From contig JBEIPA010000007.1 in assembly GCA_040377305.1 (NCBI GenBank), forward strand, positions 32,001-96,000: a stretch of DNA of 64,000 nucleotides. Reading direction: 5' to 3'. The notes under the pieces were generated by a model, which saw only the letters and a program-made list of their open reading frames with translations, was not told where the DNA came from and ran no database searches. Position numbers and translations under genes: made by a program. Positions 1 to 8,915 of the stretch are shown here, piece by piece (the first letter of the stretch is position 1; every line of letters begins with the position of its first letter). The stretch comes from Flavobacteriales bacterium (lineage in GTDB: Bacteria > Bacteroidota > Bacteroidia > Palsa-965).

Positions 1-1070
1 CTGCATTGATAATCACGTTGCAGCGAAACCGCGAGTGGAAAAATGACGAAACACTTTTCATCGCCGATGTACAGAAACATCCGGAGAGTGCGCTGTGTAA
101 TGGTAATGCCGGTGCTCGTTTTATGGACCGCGGACTGAAATACCTCAACGATTCTACCATGCAGGATTCGGTGAACTATTATGCCGATACCGCGATATTC
201 TATCTCGACAAAGCGGTGAAATTACATCCGCGTTATGCGAACGGCTGGCTGAACCTCGGCTTGTGTTATTACAACAAGAAAGATTACGAGCAGGCAGCCT
301 ACTCGTGGGAGAAAGTGTACGGCATTTTCCCGTCGAACCCGATTCTTCAGAGCTACGCACAGATGCTGATTGCTTCGGCGAATCAGCGCGCGATGGTCAA
401 AGATTATGCAGGCGCTTCCATGTTCTATAATTACGGTTTGCGGGCCTATCCTGCCGACAGTAAAATTTGGGCAGACTACGCAGGCTCAAGCTTCATGGCA
501 CAAAAATTTGATCAGGCGCAACACGCATTCGATCAGGCTTACCAACGCACGACAGATCAGGCGCTGAAAGACAATCTGGCGCAAGGTTATCGTGCGGCAC
601 ATTACAACGACAGTGTGCAACGTTTGTGGCTGAGCGATTCACTGAATCCGAATTACAACATGGCCGTAGTGAGAGGAATCATTGGCACACCCGATTTCTA
701 TGCGCAGGCACATCGCAACCTCGATCGTGTTTTAGCAGTACAACCAGAGAATATCGAAGCGAAACGTTTGCTCGACAGCGTCATCGGGTTGGAGAAAAAA
801 GCTCTGGCCGCAAAGCAGATTGTGGTCGACTCCAGTAAGATTTCCATGGATGCGCCAGTTGTACCGCCCGTAAATAATGTAGATACTGCGGCACTGAGCA
901 AGACGAACCAGGCCAATGCTCCGATAGCAGATCCTGTAGATCTTGAGACCGACAAGACGACGACTTACCTCATTTTCTCTTGTTTCCTGGCACTTCTGCT
1001 TGGCGGAACTATATTCTGGGTGCATTGGCAAGACTCAAAAGATCCGCTGCGAACACTTAGTCTGCAGTAA
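1..1070 (+). CDS. TPR protein, C-terminal part of a TMTC/DUF1736-like membrane glycosyltransferase (5' truncated by window)
   Basis: Begins with TLQRNREWKNDETLF..P.S...N, typical of TMTC-like proteins just before the TPRs; TPR helices (GWLNLGLCYYNKKDYEQAA); hydrophobic C-terminal segment. Confidence 0.65.
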   Translation, partial: ALIITLQRNREWKNDETLFIADVQKHPESALCNGNAGARFMDRGLKYLNDSTMQDSVNYYADTAIFYLDKAVKLHPRYANGWLNLGLCYYNKKDYEQAAYSWEKVYGIFPSNPILQSYAQMLIASANQRAMVKDYAGASMFYNYGLRAYPADSKIWADYAGSSFMAQKFDQAQHAFDQAYQRTTDQALKDNLAQGYRAAHYNDSVQRLWLSDSLNPNYNMAVVRGIIGTPDFYAQAHRNLDRVLAVQPENIEAKRLLDSVIGLEKKALAAKQIVVDSSKISMDAPVVPPVNNVDTAALSKTNQANAPIADPVDLETDKTTTYLIFSCFLALLLGGTIFWVHWQDSKDPLRTLSLQ

Positions 1071-1193
1071 ATAGTGCAGCAGTAAGTGTGTAAACAAGAA
1101 CTATTTCGCAAGTCGATCGGACGCGCACTTCGCTCTGAAATAGACGAATAGGCGCTTTGACTGCCGACTGCGGGACTGCACTACTGCCAACTG
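1059..1193. repeat. CAGTAG/CTACTG short-period repeat element with a degenerate left arm
   Basis: Right arm gactgccgactgcgggactgcactactgccaactg at 1159-1193; left arm overlaps the CAG-TAA end of the upstream gene. Confidence 0.6.
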
Positions 1194-1275
1194 GTAACAA
1201 AGTCGTGTTGAAAATTCCATAACCCCCCGGTAACTTTCAAAAAGGGCATTGCGTTACATTTGTAACAGAATCATT

Positions 1276-1551
1276 ATGGCATTTCGGGAAGATCTTCTCA
1301 AAAAGTACTTTGCTAAGGCAGATATCGGTGGAACACCGAGTATCAATGACCTGCGCGACCGTGAATTTAACGGGGAAGCGCTCTCTGCCGATGAGCAGTT
1401 GGCGTTGAGAACCTTTGACCGATACAGAATCGAACAATTGAACGGAATTTCTGACGATAAAGAATTCCATGAGCGTTACCGCCAATTGCAGGTAATGGCC
1501 AACCTCGGCGACTGGAGAGACTTCCTCAACATCGCGGGCGACAACAACTAA
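1276..1551 (+). CDS. Small hypothetical protein (~91 aa)
   Basis: ATG at 1276, natural amino-acid composition, fills an otherwise empty interval. Confidence 0.75.
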   Translation: MAFREDLLKKYFAKADIGGTPSINDLRDREFNGEALSADEQLALRTFDRYRIEQLNGISDDKEFHERYRQLQVMANLGDWRDFLNIAGDNN

Positions 1552-1610
1552 TTCCCCCTTTCTTTTTTTTCTTTGCCGGGTCTCTATCACGTGTGATAGG
1601 GATTTTATAC

Positions 1611-1753
1611 CAGTAGGCAGTAGGCAGTAGTGCAGTAGGCAGTGAGAACAACGGCGTCTTTTTAGAATGTAACACAAAAAAAAGGATCGCGACTAACGAT
1701 CCTTTTCCTTTATTTTTTTGACTGCCAACTGCACTACTGCCTACTGCCTACTG
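1611..1753. repeat. Inverted-repeat element with 33-bp CAGTAGG-type arms and an internal hairpin
   Basis: 1611-1643 and 1721-1753 are reverse complements with 1 mismatch; internal aaaaggatcg...cgatcctttt hairpin at about 1680-1706. Confidence 0.85.
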
Positions 1754-1754
1754 T

Positions 1755-2273
1755 TTAATGGTGGTGTCCACCCGGTCCATGCACATGTCCGTGATCAAGT
1801 TCTTCTTTAGATGCTTCACGCACCTCAAGTACTTCTCCGGCGAAATGCAGTTCTTTTCCTGCAAGCGGGTGATTGAAATCCATCTTGATATTACTCAAAC
1901 CGATTTCAATTACTTTTCCCCACAAACGGTGTCCTTCGTTGTCGACCATCGGAACATTTTTTCCGAGCGCAATCATTTCTGTGTCGAGCTTTCCTGACTG
2001 ATCAAGAAAATTTTCGATCGGAAGATTTACAATATGATCTTCCTGATATTCGCCGTAACCGCTAGCTGCGTTAACGCGAAAATCAAAAGTATCTCCAGCC
2101 TTTTTGCCTTTCAGGTTTGCTTCGAAATCAGGAAGCAATTGACCTGCGCCAATCAAGAACACAAATGGATCTTCAGTAGAAGTTTTTTCGATGGTGATTT
2201 CTGCTCCCCCGTTTTCTCCGGGAACAGTGAGATGGTAATTCACCGATACCACTTGTTTTTCTGTGATTGTCAT
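1755..2273 (-). CDS. slyD: FKBP-type peptidyl-prolyl isomerase SlyD
   Basis: DFNHPLAGKEL motif, GYGE motif, His-rich tail HGHVHGPGGHHH. Confidence 0.95.
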   Translation of the reverse strand: MTITEKQVVSVNYHLTVPGENGGAEITIEKTSTEDPFVFLIGAGQLLPDFEANLKGKKAGDTFDFRVNAASGYGEYQEDHIVNLPIENFLDQSGKLDTEMIALGKNVPMVDNEGHRLWGKVIEIGLSNIKMDFNHPLAGKELHFAGEVLEVREASKEELDHGHVHGPGGHHH

Positions 2274-2295
2274 GCGACGATTTTTTTATGGTCGA

Positions 2296-2303
2296 CAAAG
2301 TTA
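2296..2303 (-). promoter_or_regulatory. Bacteroidota -7 promoter box (TAACTTTG) for slyD
   Basis: Matches TAnnTTTG consensus about 23 bp upstream of the start. Confidence 0.6.
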
Positions 2304-2370
2304 CGGTTTACCTGCTCACAACGTCACATGGTCTACGTGAAAATGTCGAGATCACTGCTGACCTTAAATA

Positions 2371-2418
2371 ATTCCGTGATTCCGCGATTCCGGATTTCGA
2401 AATCACGGAATTCGGAAT
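2371..2418. repeat. Short-period (ATTCCG) inverted repeat array
   Basis: attccgtgattccgcgattccggatttcgaaatcacggaattcggaat. Confidence 0.5.
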
Positions 2419-2502
2419 GATTTCGGACGTAGTTTAAATGCTTGGTTCAGTGATACTGTGTCCCGATCTCTTTACCTTCGGACTAGTAACACATCAGCAT
2501 TT

Positions 2503-3660
2503 ATGCCCGAATTCAAAGGATCAATCAGCTCCAAACTGCCTCGCGTAGGCACAACCATTTTCACCGTTATGTCTAAAATGGCGGCGGAACACAAGGCTAT
2601 TAATCTCTCACAAGGATTTCCTGACTTTGATTGTCCGCCGAAACTGATTGAGCTCGTGACGAAAGCAATGAAAGCCGGACACAACCAGTATGCTCCAATG
2701 CCGGGCGTGCTCGCGTTGCGCGAAGCAATTGCAGAGAAAACCGAAGCACTGTACGGAACAAAATATGATCCTGAAACGGAAGTTACCGTTACGGCTGGTG
2801 CAACACAGGCAATCTATACTGCAATTGGTGCTGTGATCCGTGAAGGAGATGAAGTGATCATTTTCGAGCCTGCATACGATTGTTACGAACCCGCAGTGGA
2901 ACTGAACGGCGGAACACCTGTTTTCGTTTCATTGAAAGCGCCGAACTATAACATCGATTGGAATGAAGTGAAGAAGCTGATCAATCACCGCACAAAGATG
3001 ATCATCATCAACACGCCGCATAATCCAACTGGTGCAGTAATGAGTGCTGATGATATGAAGCAGCTCGACAAACTCACGAAGAATTCCGACATCATTGTGC
3101 TTTCCGATGAAGTATACGAACACATTCTCTTCGACGGACGAACTCATGAAAGTGTTTCGAAGTATCCGGATCTTGCCGGTAGAAGTTTTATCGTGTCTTC
3201 ATTCGGAAAAACATTTCACACCACCGGGTGGAAGCTCGGTTATTGTGTGGCGCCAAAGCAATTGATGACTGAGTTTCGCAAGGTGCACCAGTTTCTGGTG
3301 TTCTCCTGCAACACGGCAATGCAGGTTGCTTGCGCAGAATTTCTGCAGGACAAAGATCACTACCTCGGTCTCGGACAATTTTATCAGGAGAAGCGCGATT
3401 ACTTTGTAAACCTCGTAAAAGGTTCCCGTTTTTCAATGGTGACTGCTCCGGGAACATACTTTCAACTGCTCCAATACAACAGTATTTCACAGGAGAAAGA
3501 CACAGATTTCGCTGTGCGTGTTCTGAAAGAGAACGGTGTAGCGGCAATTCCGATTTCCGTGTTCTACCACAAACCTGTTTACGATTACATGCTGCGTTTC
3601 TGTTTCGCGAAGAAAAATGAAACGCTTGAAAAAGCTGCAGAAGTGCTTTGTAAAGTTTAA
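2503..3660 (+). CDS. ybdL: PLP-dependent methionine aminotransferase (class I/II, YbdL-like)
   Basis: SKLPRVGTTIFTVMS..AINLSQGFPDF, NTPHNPTG, SDEVY, SFGKTFHTTGWKLGY. Confidence 0.93.
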   Translation: MPEFKGSISSKLPRVGTTIFTVMSKMAAEHKAINLSQGFPDFDCPPKLIELVTKAMKAGHNQYAPMPGVLALREAIAEKTEALYGTKYDPETEVTVTAGATQAIYTAIGAVIREGDEVIIFEPAYDCYEPAVELNGGTPVFVSLKAPNYNIDWNEVKKLINHRTKMIIINTPHNPTGAVMSADDMKQLDKLTKNSDIIVLSDEVYEHILFDGRTHESVSKYPDLAGRSFIVSSFGKTFHTTGWKLGYCVAPKQLMTEFRKVHQFLVFSCNTAMQVACAEFLQDKDHYLGLGQFYQEKRDYFVNLVKGSRFSMVTAPGTYFQLLQYNSISQEKDTDFAVRVLKENGVAAIPISVFYHKPVYDYMLRFCFAKKNETLEKAAEVLCKV

Positions 3661-3731
3661 AACCAGGGTTTAACCGCCGCGTCACATTTTTACGGCGCGC
3701 CGCCGCGATAAAATTTGTTGTACGTTTGATT

Positions 3732-4718
3732 ATGGCTTCTCCTCGCGCATTTTTTCTTTCACTGCTCCTGCTGATTTCCTTTGTAGTGAATTCACAAACT
3801 GATTCGCTCGTAAATGATTCTCTGTCTGCGGATGAGGAAGTCGTGCGAAAAGACACCGTGAAAGTGGGCGTGTACATCACTTCCATTTACTCGCTTGGAT
3901 TTGCAGAGAACGATTTCGGAATTGACTTCTGGGTTTGGTTCGTACATAAAGATCCGAATACTGATCCGAAGGAAACCATGGAAATATTCAATTCGGAAAG
4001 TCAGATTTTCGAATACGGAACCAATGAAGAAAAAGGCGATTACATGTGGTCCGTGCAGAAGTGCCGCGCTATGATCAAAAAGAATTGGGAGATTTCCCGC
4101 TTCCCGCTCGACGATCAAACGCTTGACGTTATTCTCGAAGAAACGGATCGCGATACTTCTGAGCTGGTATATATCGCCGACGTAGAAAATTCCAAGATCG
4201 ATCCTTCGGTTGATCTGAGCGGATGGACCGTAACCGAGTTTGACGTAATTCCCCTGGTAAAATCGTACAACACCACGTACGGCGACCCTACACTCACCGG
4301 CGAAAGTTCGTATGCCCGTCTCCAGTTCACTACAAAAATTACACGCGAAAGCGGACGAATTTTTCTGAAGCTCTTCCTCGGATTATACGTCGCGTTTCTG
4401 ATCGCACTTGCGGTGTTCTTCCTTGATGGTTCTGAAATCGGTGCACGTACATCGCTCGCCGTTGGTGCTTTGTTCGCTGCAGTTGGTAACAAGTACATTG
4501 TCGATTCATCCATGCCCGATCATACTTCGTTCACGGTGGTCGACAAAATTCACAATCTTACTTTCGCTTTGATTTTCATGAGTATTGTGTTCAACGTAAT
4601 TTCGAACGCATCATTCCGAAAAGGGAAAGCACAACTCGGACGACGAATTGACTACGGTGCATTCGTGTTCCTGATGCTTGCATACATCGTCGGCCATTTC
4701 TTCATAGTTTCAGATTAA
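3732..4718 (+). CDS. Pentameric ligand-gated ion channel (GLIC/ELIC-like, Pro-loop family)
   Basis: Signal peptide, beta-rich ectodomain with VKVGVYITSIYSL, Pro-loop RFPLDDQTL, LSGWTV, pre-M1 ITR, then four TM helices. Confidence 0.85.
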   Translation: MASPRAFFLSLLLLISFVVNSQTDSLVNDSLSADEEVVRKDTVKVGVYITSIYSLGFAENDFGIDFWVWFVHKDPNTDPKETMEIFNSESQIFEYGTNEEKGDYMWSVQKCRAMIKKNWEISRFPLDDQTLDVILEETDRDTSELVYIADVENSKIDPSVDLSGWTVTEFDVIPLVKSYNTTYGDPTLTGESSYARLQFTTKITRESGRIFLKLFLGLYVAFLIALAVFFLDGSEIGARTSLAVGALFAAVGNKYIVDSSMPDHTSFTVVDKIHNLTFALIFMSIVFNVISNASFRKGKAQLGRRIDYGAFVFLMLAYIVGHFFIVSD

Positions 4719-4723
4719 TCGCA

Positions 4724-5533
4724 ATGAATCCTGATTATCTCAACGTCGCAGCTATACAAACTTCTCTTCATTGGGAAGACAAAGAAGCTAATCTCCACAT
4801 GCTTGGAGAAAAGATCCGTCCATTTTCAGATCCTGTAGATGTTTTCATTCTGCCGGAGATGTTCACCACAGGTTTCAGTATGCGCGCGGAAAAATTCGCT
4901 GAGCCAATGGATGGTCCCACGCACTCGTGGATGCGCGAACTGGCGAAACTGAAAAACGCTGCGATCACAGGAAGCTTCATTGTGAAAGATGGAAGCAACT
5001 ACTTCAATCGGATGCTTTGGGTGAATCCCGATGGAAGTACGGTTCATTACGACAAGCGTCATCTCTTTCGCATGGGACAGGAAGATCAGCATTACGGAGT
5101 AGGAGAGAAGCGTGTGATTGTCGAGTACAATGGATGGAAAATCTGTCTGCAGGTTTGCTACGATCTTCGTTTTCCGGTGTGGTCAAGAAATCGCTACAGC
5201 CATGAAGAGGGGAAGATGGTAGCAGAATACGATACGCTCATCTACGTTGCGAATTGGCCCGAGCGCCGTTCTCATCCCTGGAAAACTTTGCTGATGGCGC
5301 GCGCAATTGAAAATGCTTGCTATGTGGTTGGTGTCAATCGGGTGGGAAATGATGGCAACTTTATCTATCACTCCGGCGATACTGCGGTATACGATTTCAA
5401 AGGAGCACTGGTAACCGGAGCTATGATTTCTACAGAGGAAATTATCACCGCACGTTTATCGAAACAAGACTTGCGTGATTATCGGAAAGCGTTTCCGGTG
5501 GGGCTTGATGCTGATCACTTCGAAATTCAGTAG
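4724..5533 (+). CDS. Nitrilase-family amidohydrolase, omega-amidase YafV-like
   Basis: LPEMFTTGF, YDKRHLF, VCYDLRFP give the E-K-C triad; ARAIENACY. Confidence 0.92.
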   Translation: MNPDYLNVAAIQTSLHWEDKEANLHMLGEKIRPFSDPVDVFILPEMFTTGFSMRAEKFAEPMDGPTHSWMRELAKLKNAAITGSFIVKDGSNYFNRMLWVNPDGSTVHYDKRHLFRMGQEDQHYGVGEKRVIVEYNGWKICLQVCYDLRFPVWSRNRYSHEEGKMVAEYDTLIYVANWPERRSHPWKTLLMARAIENACYVVGVNRVGNDGNFIYHSGDTAVYDFKGALVTGAMISTEEIITARLSKQDLRDYRKAFPVGLDADHFEIQ

Positions 5534-5734
5534 GCAGTCTGGCAGTAGTGCAGTAGGCAGTCTGGCAGTAGTGCAGTAGGCAGTCTCTAGTTAGTGTAAT
5601 AACGGAAACTATAATCGAAGACGGGATAGTTTATCATGCCGTTCATGGCTGGTTTGAAGGGAATTTGTTGTCGCACGAATTTAGGAAGACCATTTTTTTG
5701 ACTGCCGACTGCACTACTGCCAGACTGCCTACTG
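5528..5734. mobile_element. MITE-like element with 35-bp CAGTAG-type terminal inverted repeats
   Basis: 5528-5562 and 5700-5734 are reverse complements with 1 mismatch; a 23-bp unit is duplicated in the left arm. Confidence 0.65.
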
Positions 5735-7384
5735 TAAGATCCACTCAATATCCATATCCCAGCCCGCTCTCACTTTCACACTCACTGCATAGTAGATCAC
5801 TTTCTCCGGCTGTTTTTTGTTGAGATAATTTCCCGGTGTGAATTTTCCGTTGCCATCTTCATCGCGCACTAAGCGTACCCGATAATTTCCTGCTGCCATC
5901 GTTCCAAACTGAATTTCCGCGGGACCGTTGATCACCGTATCGCGCACCACATTGTCTTTGTCATCTACAACTTCCACGAGATATTTTCCCGCTTCCAGAC
6001 TCGGCATTTTCACCGACAGATTTCCGAAAGAGCGCGAAGCATTCACGGTGAAAGACATTCGCAGCGTATCGTTCTTCTGTCCGAATACGTCTTTAATTGC
6101 TCCCGGAGGAATGTACAAGGAGAACGCGCTGTCTTCCGGAAATGGAATGTTGAATAGAATCGTTCTGGAATATGCCGTGTGCTGAATATTCTTGCGAACT
6201 GTATCGCGACCCATTTTCAGAATGATCTTCGAAGTATCGAGTGTGAAAATCGGATTCGTAGATCTTAGCGTGTATTGCATGCCAGGCAAAAGCTTTCCAA
6301 CCGCGTTCGAAGTAATAACCAATGCACGGGGATCTTGTGCACCCGCACGTGCAGGCTTCTTCGTTACTTTCTGCATGCGCATTGGAATTGTGTCAAGTAC
6401 TTCGTCACCGCTCTTAGTAATGAAAGTCATCGAATCCAGCTCGACCGAGGAAAACCAAATGTTTACACTGTCTTTTCCGACGTTGTATTCTTCGAAGGGC
6501 TTCATCGTTGGTGGAAGCGGATCGAGATAGGTTACTGAGAAATTCTCAACCGGCTGATTATACACAAAACGGAAACGTCCCGCTCCAGGTTGTTCTGCTC
6601 TTGCGAGAAATTGTTTCGGTGATTTCTCACGGAACATCATCAAGCGAACAGAATCGCGATCGGCAGTAAGATTGATCAACGAATCTGTAAATGCAATCCG
6701 TTCGTCCGGCGTGTTGTACAGATAATCTTCGCCCTGATCATCGAGCGCAAATAGTTTGTACGATGATGCAGCAAGATTCGTGATCTCGTAATTTCCGTTG
6801 TCATCTGTGCGCGTGTAGTAGTACGGTTTCTGTTTGTAGATCACAGAATCTTTGGTGTCGCGGTACAACATTACGAGCACATTTTTCTCGCCACGCAATG
6901 TTTGCGCATTCACAACGGTTCCGCTCAGTTTCAGTGAATCAATAAATGGTCCCGTTGAAAACACAAACCGGAAATTATTCAGCGTGTTAGTCTCAGTGAT
7001 ATCACGAATTGCTTTTCCGAAACTGATCGAGTACGTTGTATTCGGCTCCAGCGAATCTTTGAATTCAATGATGAGATCTTTCTTGCGAATACTCACTTCC
7101 GGTTTGCGCTTTACCGACGGAGAAATGATCATTTGCTTGTTCAGTTCATTCAGCGAAATGTATTCATCAAACGTGATGACGATTTTCTTGCCGGTGAAAT
7201 TTGTCGCAGCACTATCCGGAGTGCAGCTCACAACACGTGGTGGCGTAGCATCTTTGGGACCGCCGTCCGGTGTTACAATCTGCGCGCAACCCAGCATCAA
7301 TGCGCAATACGCAATAGCCAATACGTAATAAGGCCACAACCTTTGCGCATTGCGTATTGATGATTGCGCATTGTCAAAGTTCAT
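5729..7384 (-). CDS. Ig-like (Big_5) domain lipoprotein conserved in Bacteroidota
   Basis: Lipobox LGC followed by AQIVTPDGGPKD..PP; ITFDEYI; C-terminal D.DGNGKF..GNY...QPE. Confidence 0.85.
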   Translation of the reverse strand: MNFDNAQSSIRNAQRLWPYYVLAIAYCALMLGCAQIVTPDGGPKDATPPRVVSCTPDSAATNFTGKKIVITFDEYISLNELNKQMIISPSVKRKPEVSIRKKDLIIEFKDSLEPNTTYSISFGKAIRDITETNTLNNFRFVFSTGPFIDSLKLSGTVVNAQTLRGEKNVLVMLYRDTKDSVIYKQKPYYYTRTDDNGNYEITNLAASSYKLFALDDQGEDYLYNTPDERIAFTDSLINLTADRDSVRLMMFREKSPKQFLARAEQPGAGRFRFVYNQPVENFSVTYLDPLPPTMKPFEEYNVGKDSVNIWFSSVELDSMTFITKSGDEVLDTIPMRMQKVTKKPARAGAQDPRALVITSNAVGKLLPGMQYTLRSTNPIFTLDTSKIILKMGRDTVRKNIQHTAYSRTILFNIPFPEDSAFSLYIPPGAIKDVFGQKNDTLRMSFTVNASRSFGNLSVKMPSLEAGKYLVEVVDDKDNVVRDTVINGPAEIQFGTMAAGNYRVRLVRDEDGNGKFTPGNYLNKKQPEKVIYYAVSVKVRAGWDMDIEWILQ

Positions 7385-7871
7385 CGGCGTGATTTAAAGT
7401 CCCAATCCAGGCACAAACTTCTTCGAGATACTTCTGATCTGTCGTATCGAAATCGTTCAGTTTATCACTGTCGACGTCAAGAACCATTGTTACTTCTCCG
7501 GCAGCGTTCAAAACCGGAACAACAATTTCCGATTTGCTATCGGAGCTGCATGCAATATGACCGGGAAAAGCATCAACATCGGGAACAAGAATCGTTTGCT
7601 TCTCTTTCCACGACGTTCCGCACACACCTTTGCCTAATGCAATGCGTGTACAAGCCAGCGGACCCTGAAAAGGACCAAGTACCAGTTCGTTTCCACGTAC
7701 GATGTAAAACCCAACCCAGAAAAATCCGAAGGTCTGACGTAACGCCGCAGCAATGTTCGCAAGATTCGCAACACGGTTTTTCTCGACTTCGCACAAAGCT
7801 TTCAGCTGCGGAATAAGCGCAGTGTACTTTTCAGCTTTTGTTTGACCGGTGATGTTTAAGGTTTCTGCCAC
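7374..7871 (-). CDS. msrC: GAF-domain free methionine-R-sulfoxide reductase
   Basis: WVGFY, LGPFQG..AC, GVCG, PGHIAC, SEIVVP, LDVDS motifs. Confidence 0.85.
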   Translation of the reverse strand: MAETLNITGQTKAEKYTALIPQLKALCEVEKNRVANLANIAAALRQTFGFFWVGFYIVRGNELVLGPFQGPLACTRIALGKGVCGTSWKEKQTILVPDVDAFPGHIACSSDSKSEIVVPVLNAAGEVTMVLDVDSDKLNDFDTTDQKYLEEVCAWIGTLNHADEL

Positions 7872-7906
7872 TGGAAGGCAAAGATACGATTAGCAGCTAG
7901 CAAATG

Positions 7907-8119
7907 GGAACGCGGATTTTGCTAGCCGTTGTTTTCTACGTTATCGCTCGGATGAGTACGGTAAATACAGCGTTTCGTTAACGGATTTTATGAGATAGGA
8001 TTGAATCTAATCTATTAAGATCGCGCCGTTTCGCAATGGGCTTTGGGCATTAACACCTAACACCTCCGTTTCGCCGCGTCGCCGTGTAAAGCGTCGCAGA
8101 CAACCGGAATCCGCGTTCC
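7907..8119. mobile_element. MITE-like element with GGAACGCGGATT terminal inverted repeats, containing an ~87-bp dispersed repeat
   Basis: 12-bp TIR at 7907-7918 and 8108-8119; left part resembles 40389-40490; 8019-8105 matches the repeat at 11704 and 11842. Confidence 0.6.
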
Positions 8120-8130
8120 TTTTTCCGACA

Positions 8131-8841
8131 CTAATCCCGTGCGGCCGCCAACGACACCACACTAATCTTCACACCCTCCACATCCAGCAGTGGCAGCACG
8201 CTCGCCTCAATCGTTGCGCCAGTCGTGATTACATCATCCACAATCAAAATATGCTTCCCCTCGATTTTCTTCTTCGCTGAAACGGCAAATACTTCACCCA
8301 CGTTTTCCCATCGCTCCTCACGACTCTTTCGTGTTTGTGATGTAGTCGCTTTGAGTCGCAACAAAACCTTGTCTGACCACGGCACATTCATCCCTTCCGA
8401 AAGCCCTTGCGCGAAACAAGCGGCCTGGTTGTACCCGCGTTTGTGGAGTTTATCCTCATGCAGCGGCACCGGCAGAATGAGGTCGGCAGTTAAAAATGGT
8501 GAAATAGTCTTAAGGATTGTTCCATAGTAATAACCTGCCGCAACACCCGCATCCTTTCGTCCGTTATACTTCAGGTTATGGACCAACTCCTGAACTTTGC
8601 CCTGCCCGGTGAACACAAAACAGGCAGCCGCGGCTTCCAATGGGAAACGCCCCCAGAACACCCGACTTGCGGGATTCGCAGCCGGATTCAGCTCATCATA
8701 CGTTCTTGGAAGTTCCTGTTCGCACGAAAAACAAAAGCCTTGTTCAGTTTTCAACAGGTGACCGTTACAAACTACACACAGCTTTGGGTACACTAACCCT
8801 ACAAAATCTTCAGCGAGTTGAACTAACTTTCCGGCGTTCAT
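8131..8841 (-). CDS. comF: ComF family phosphoribosyltransferase-like competence protein
   Basis: CxxC...CxxC zinc ribbon, LKY.G, PVPLH, RGYNQA, LIVDDVITTGAT. Confidence 0.92.
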   Translation of the reverse strand: MNAGKLVQLAEDFVGLVYPKLCVVCNGHLLKTEQGFCFSCEQELPRTYDELNPAANPASRVFWGRFPLEAAAACFVFTGQGKVQELVHNLKYNGRKDAGVAAGYYYGTILKTISPFLTADLILPVPLHEDKLHKRGYNQAACFAQGLSEGMNVPWSDKVLLRLKATTSQTRKSREERWENVGEVFAVSAKKKIEGKHILIVDDVITTGATIEASVLPLLDVEGVKISVVSLAAARD

Positions 8842-8915
8842 TATTGTTTACTTTTGTGGCAAATTCGGAATGCAATTTGCTGCAACTAAAATAAAGCATA
8901 ATCGCGCAAAGTACT

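Noticed and set aside
3188-3886. 232-aa minus-strand ORF and similar overlapping ORFs across the window
   Set aside because: Antisense or alternate-frame shadows of well-supported genes
5528-5585. 23-bp direct repeats as a CRISPR array
   Set aside because: The units are contiguous with no spacers and belong to an inverted-repeat arm
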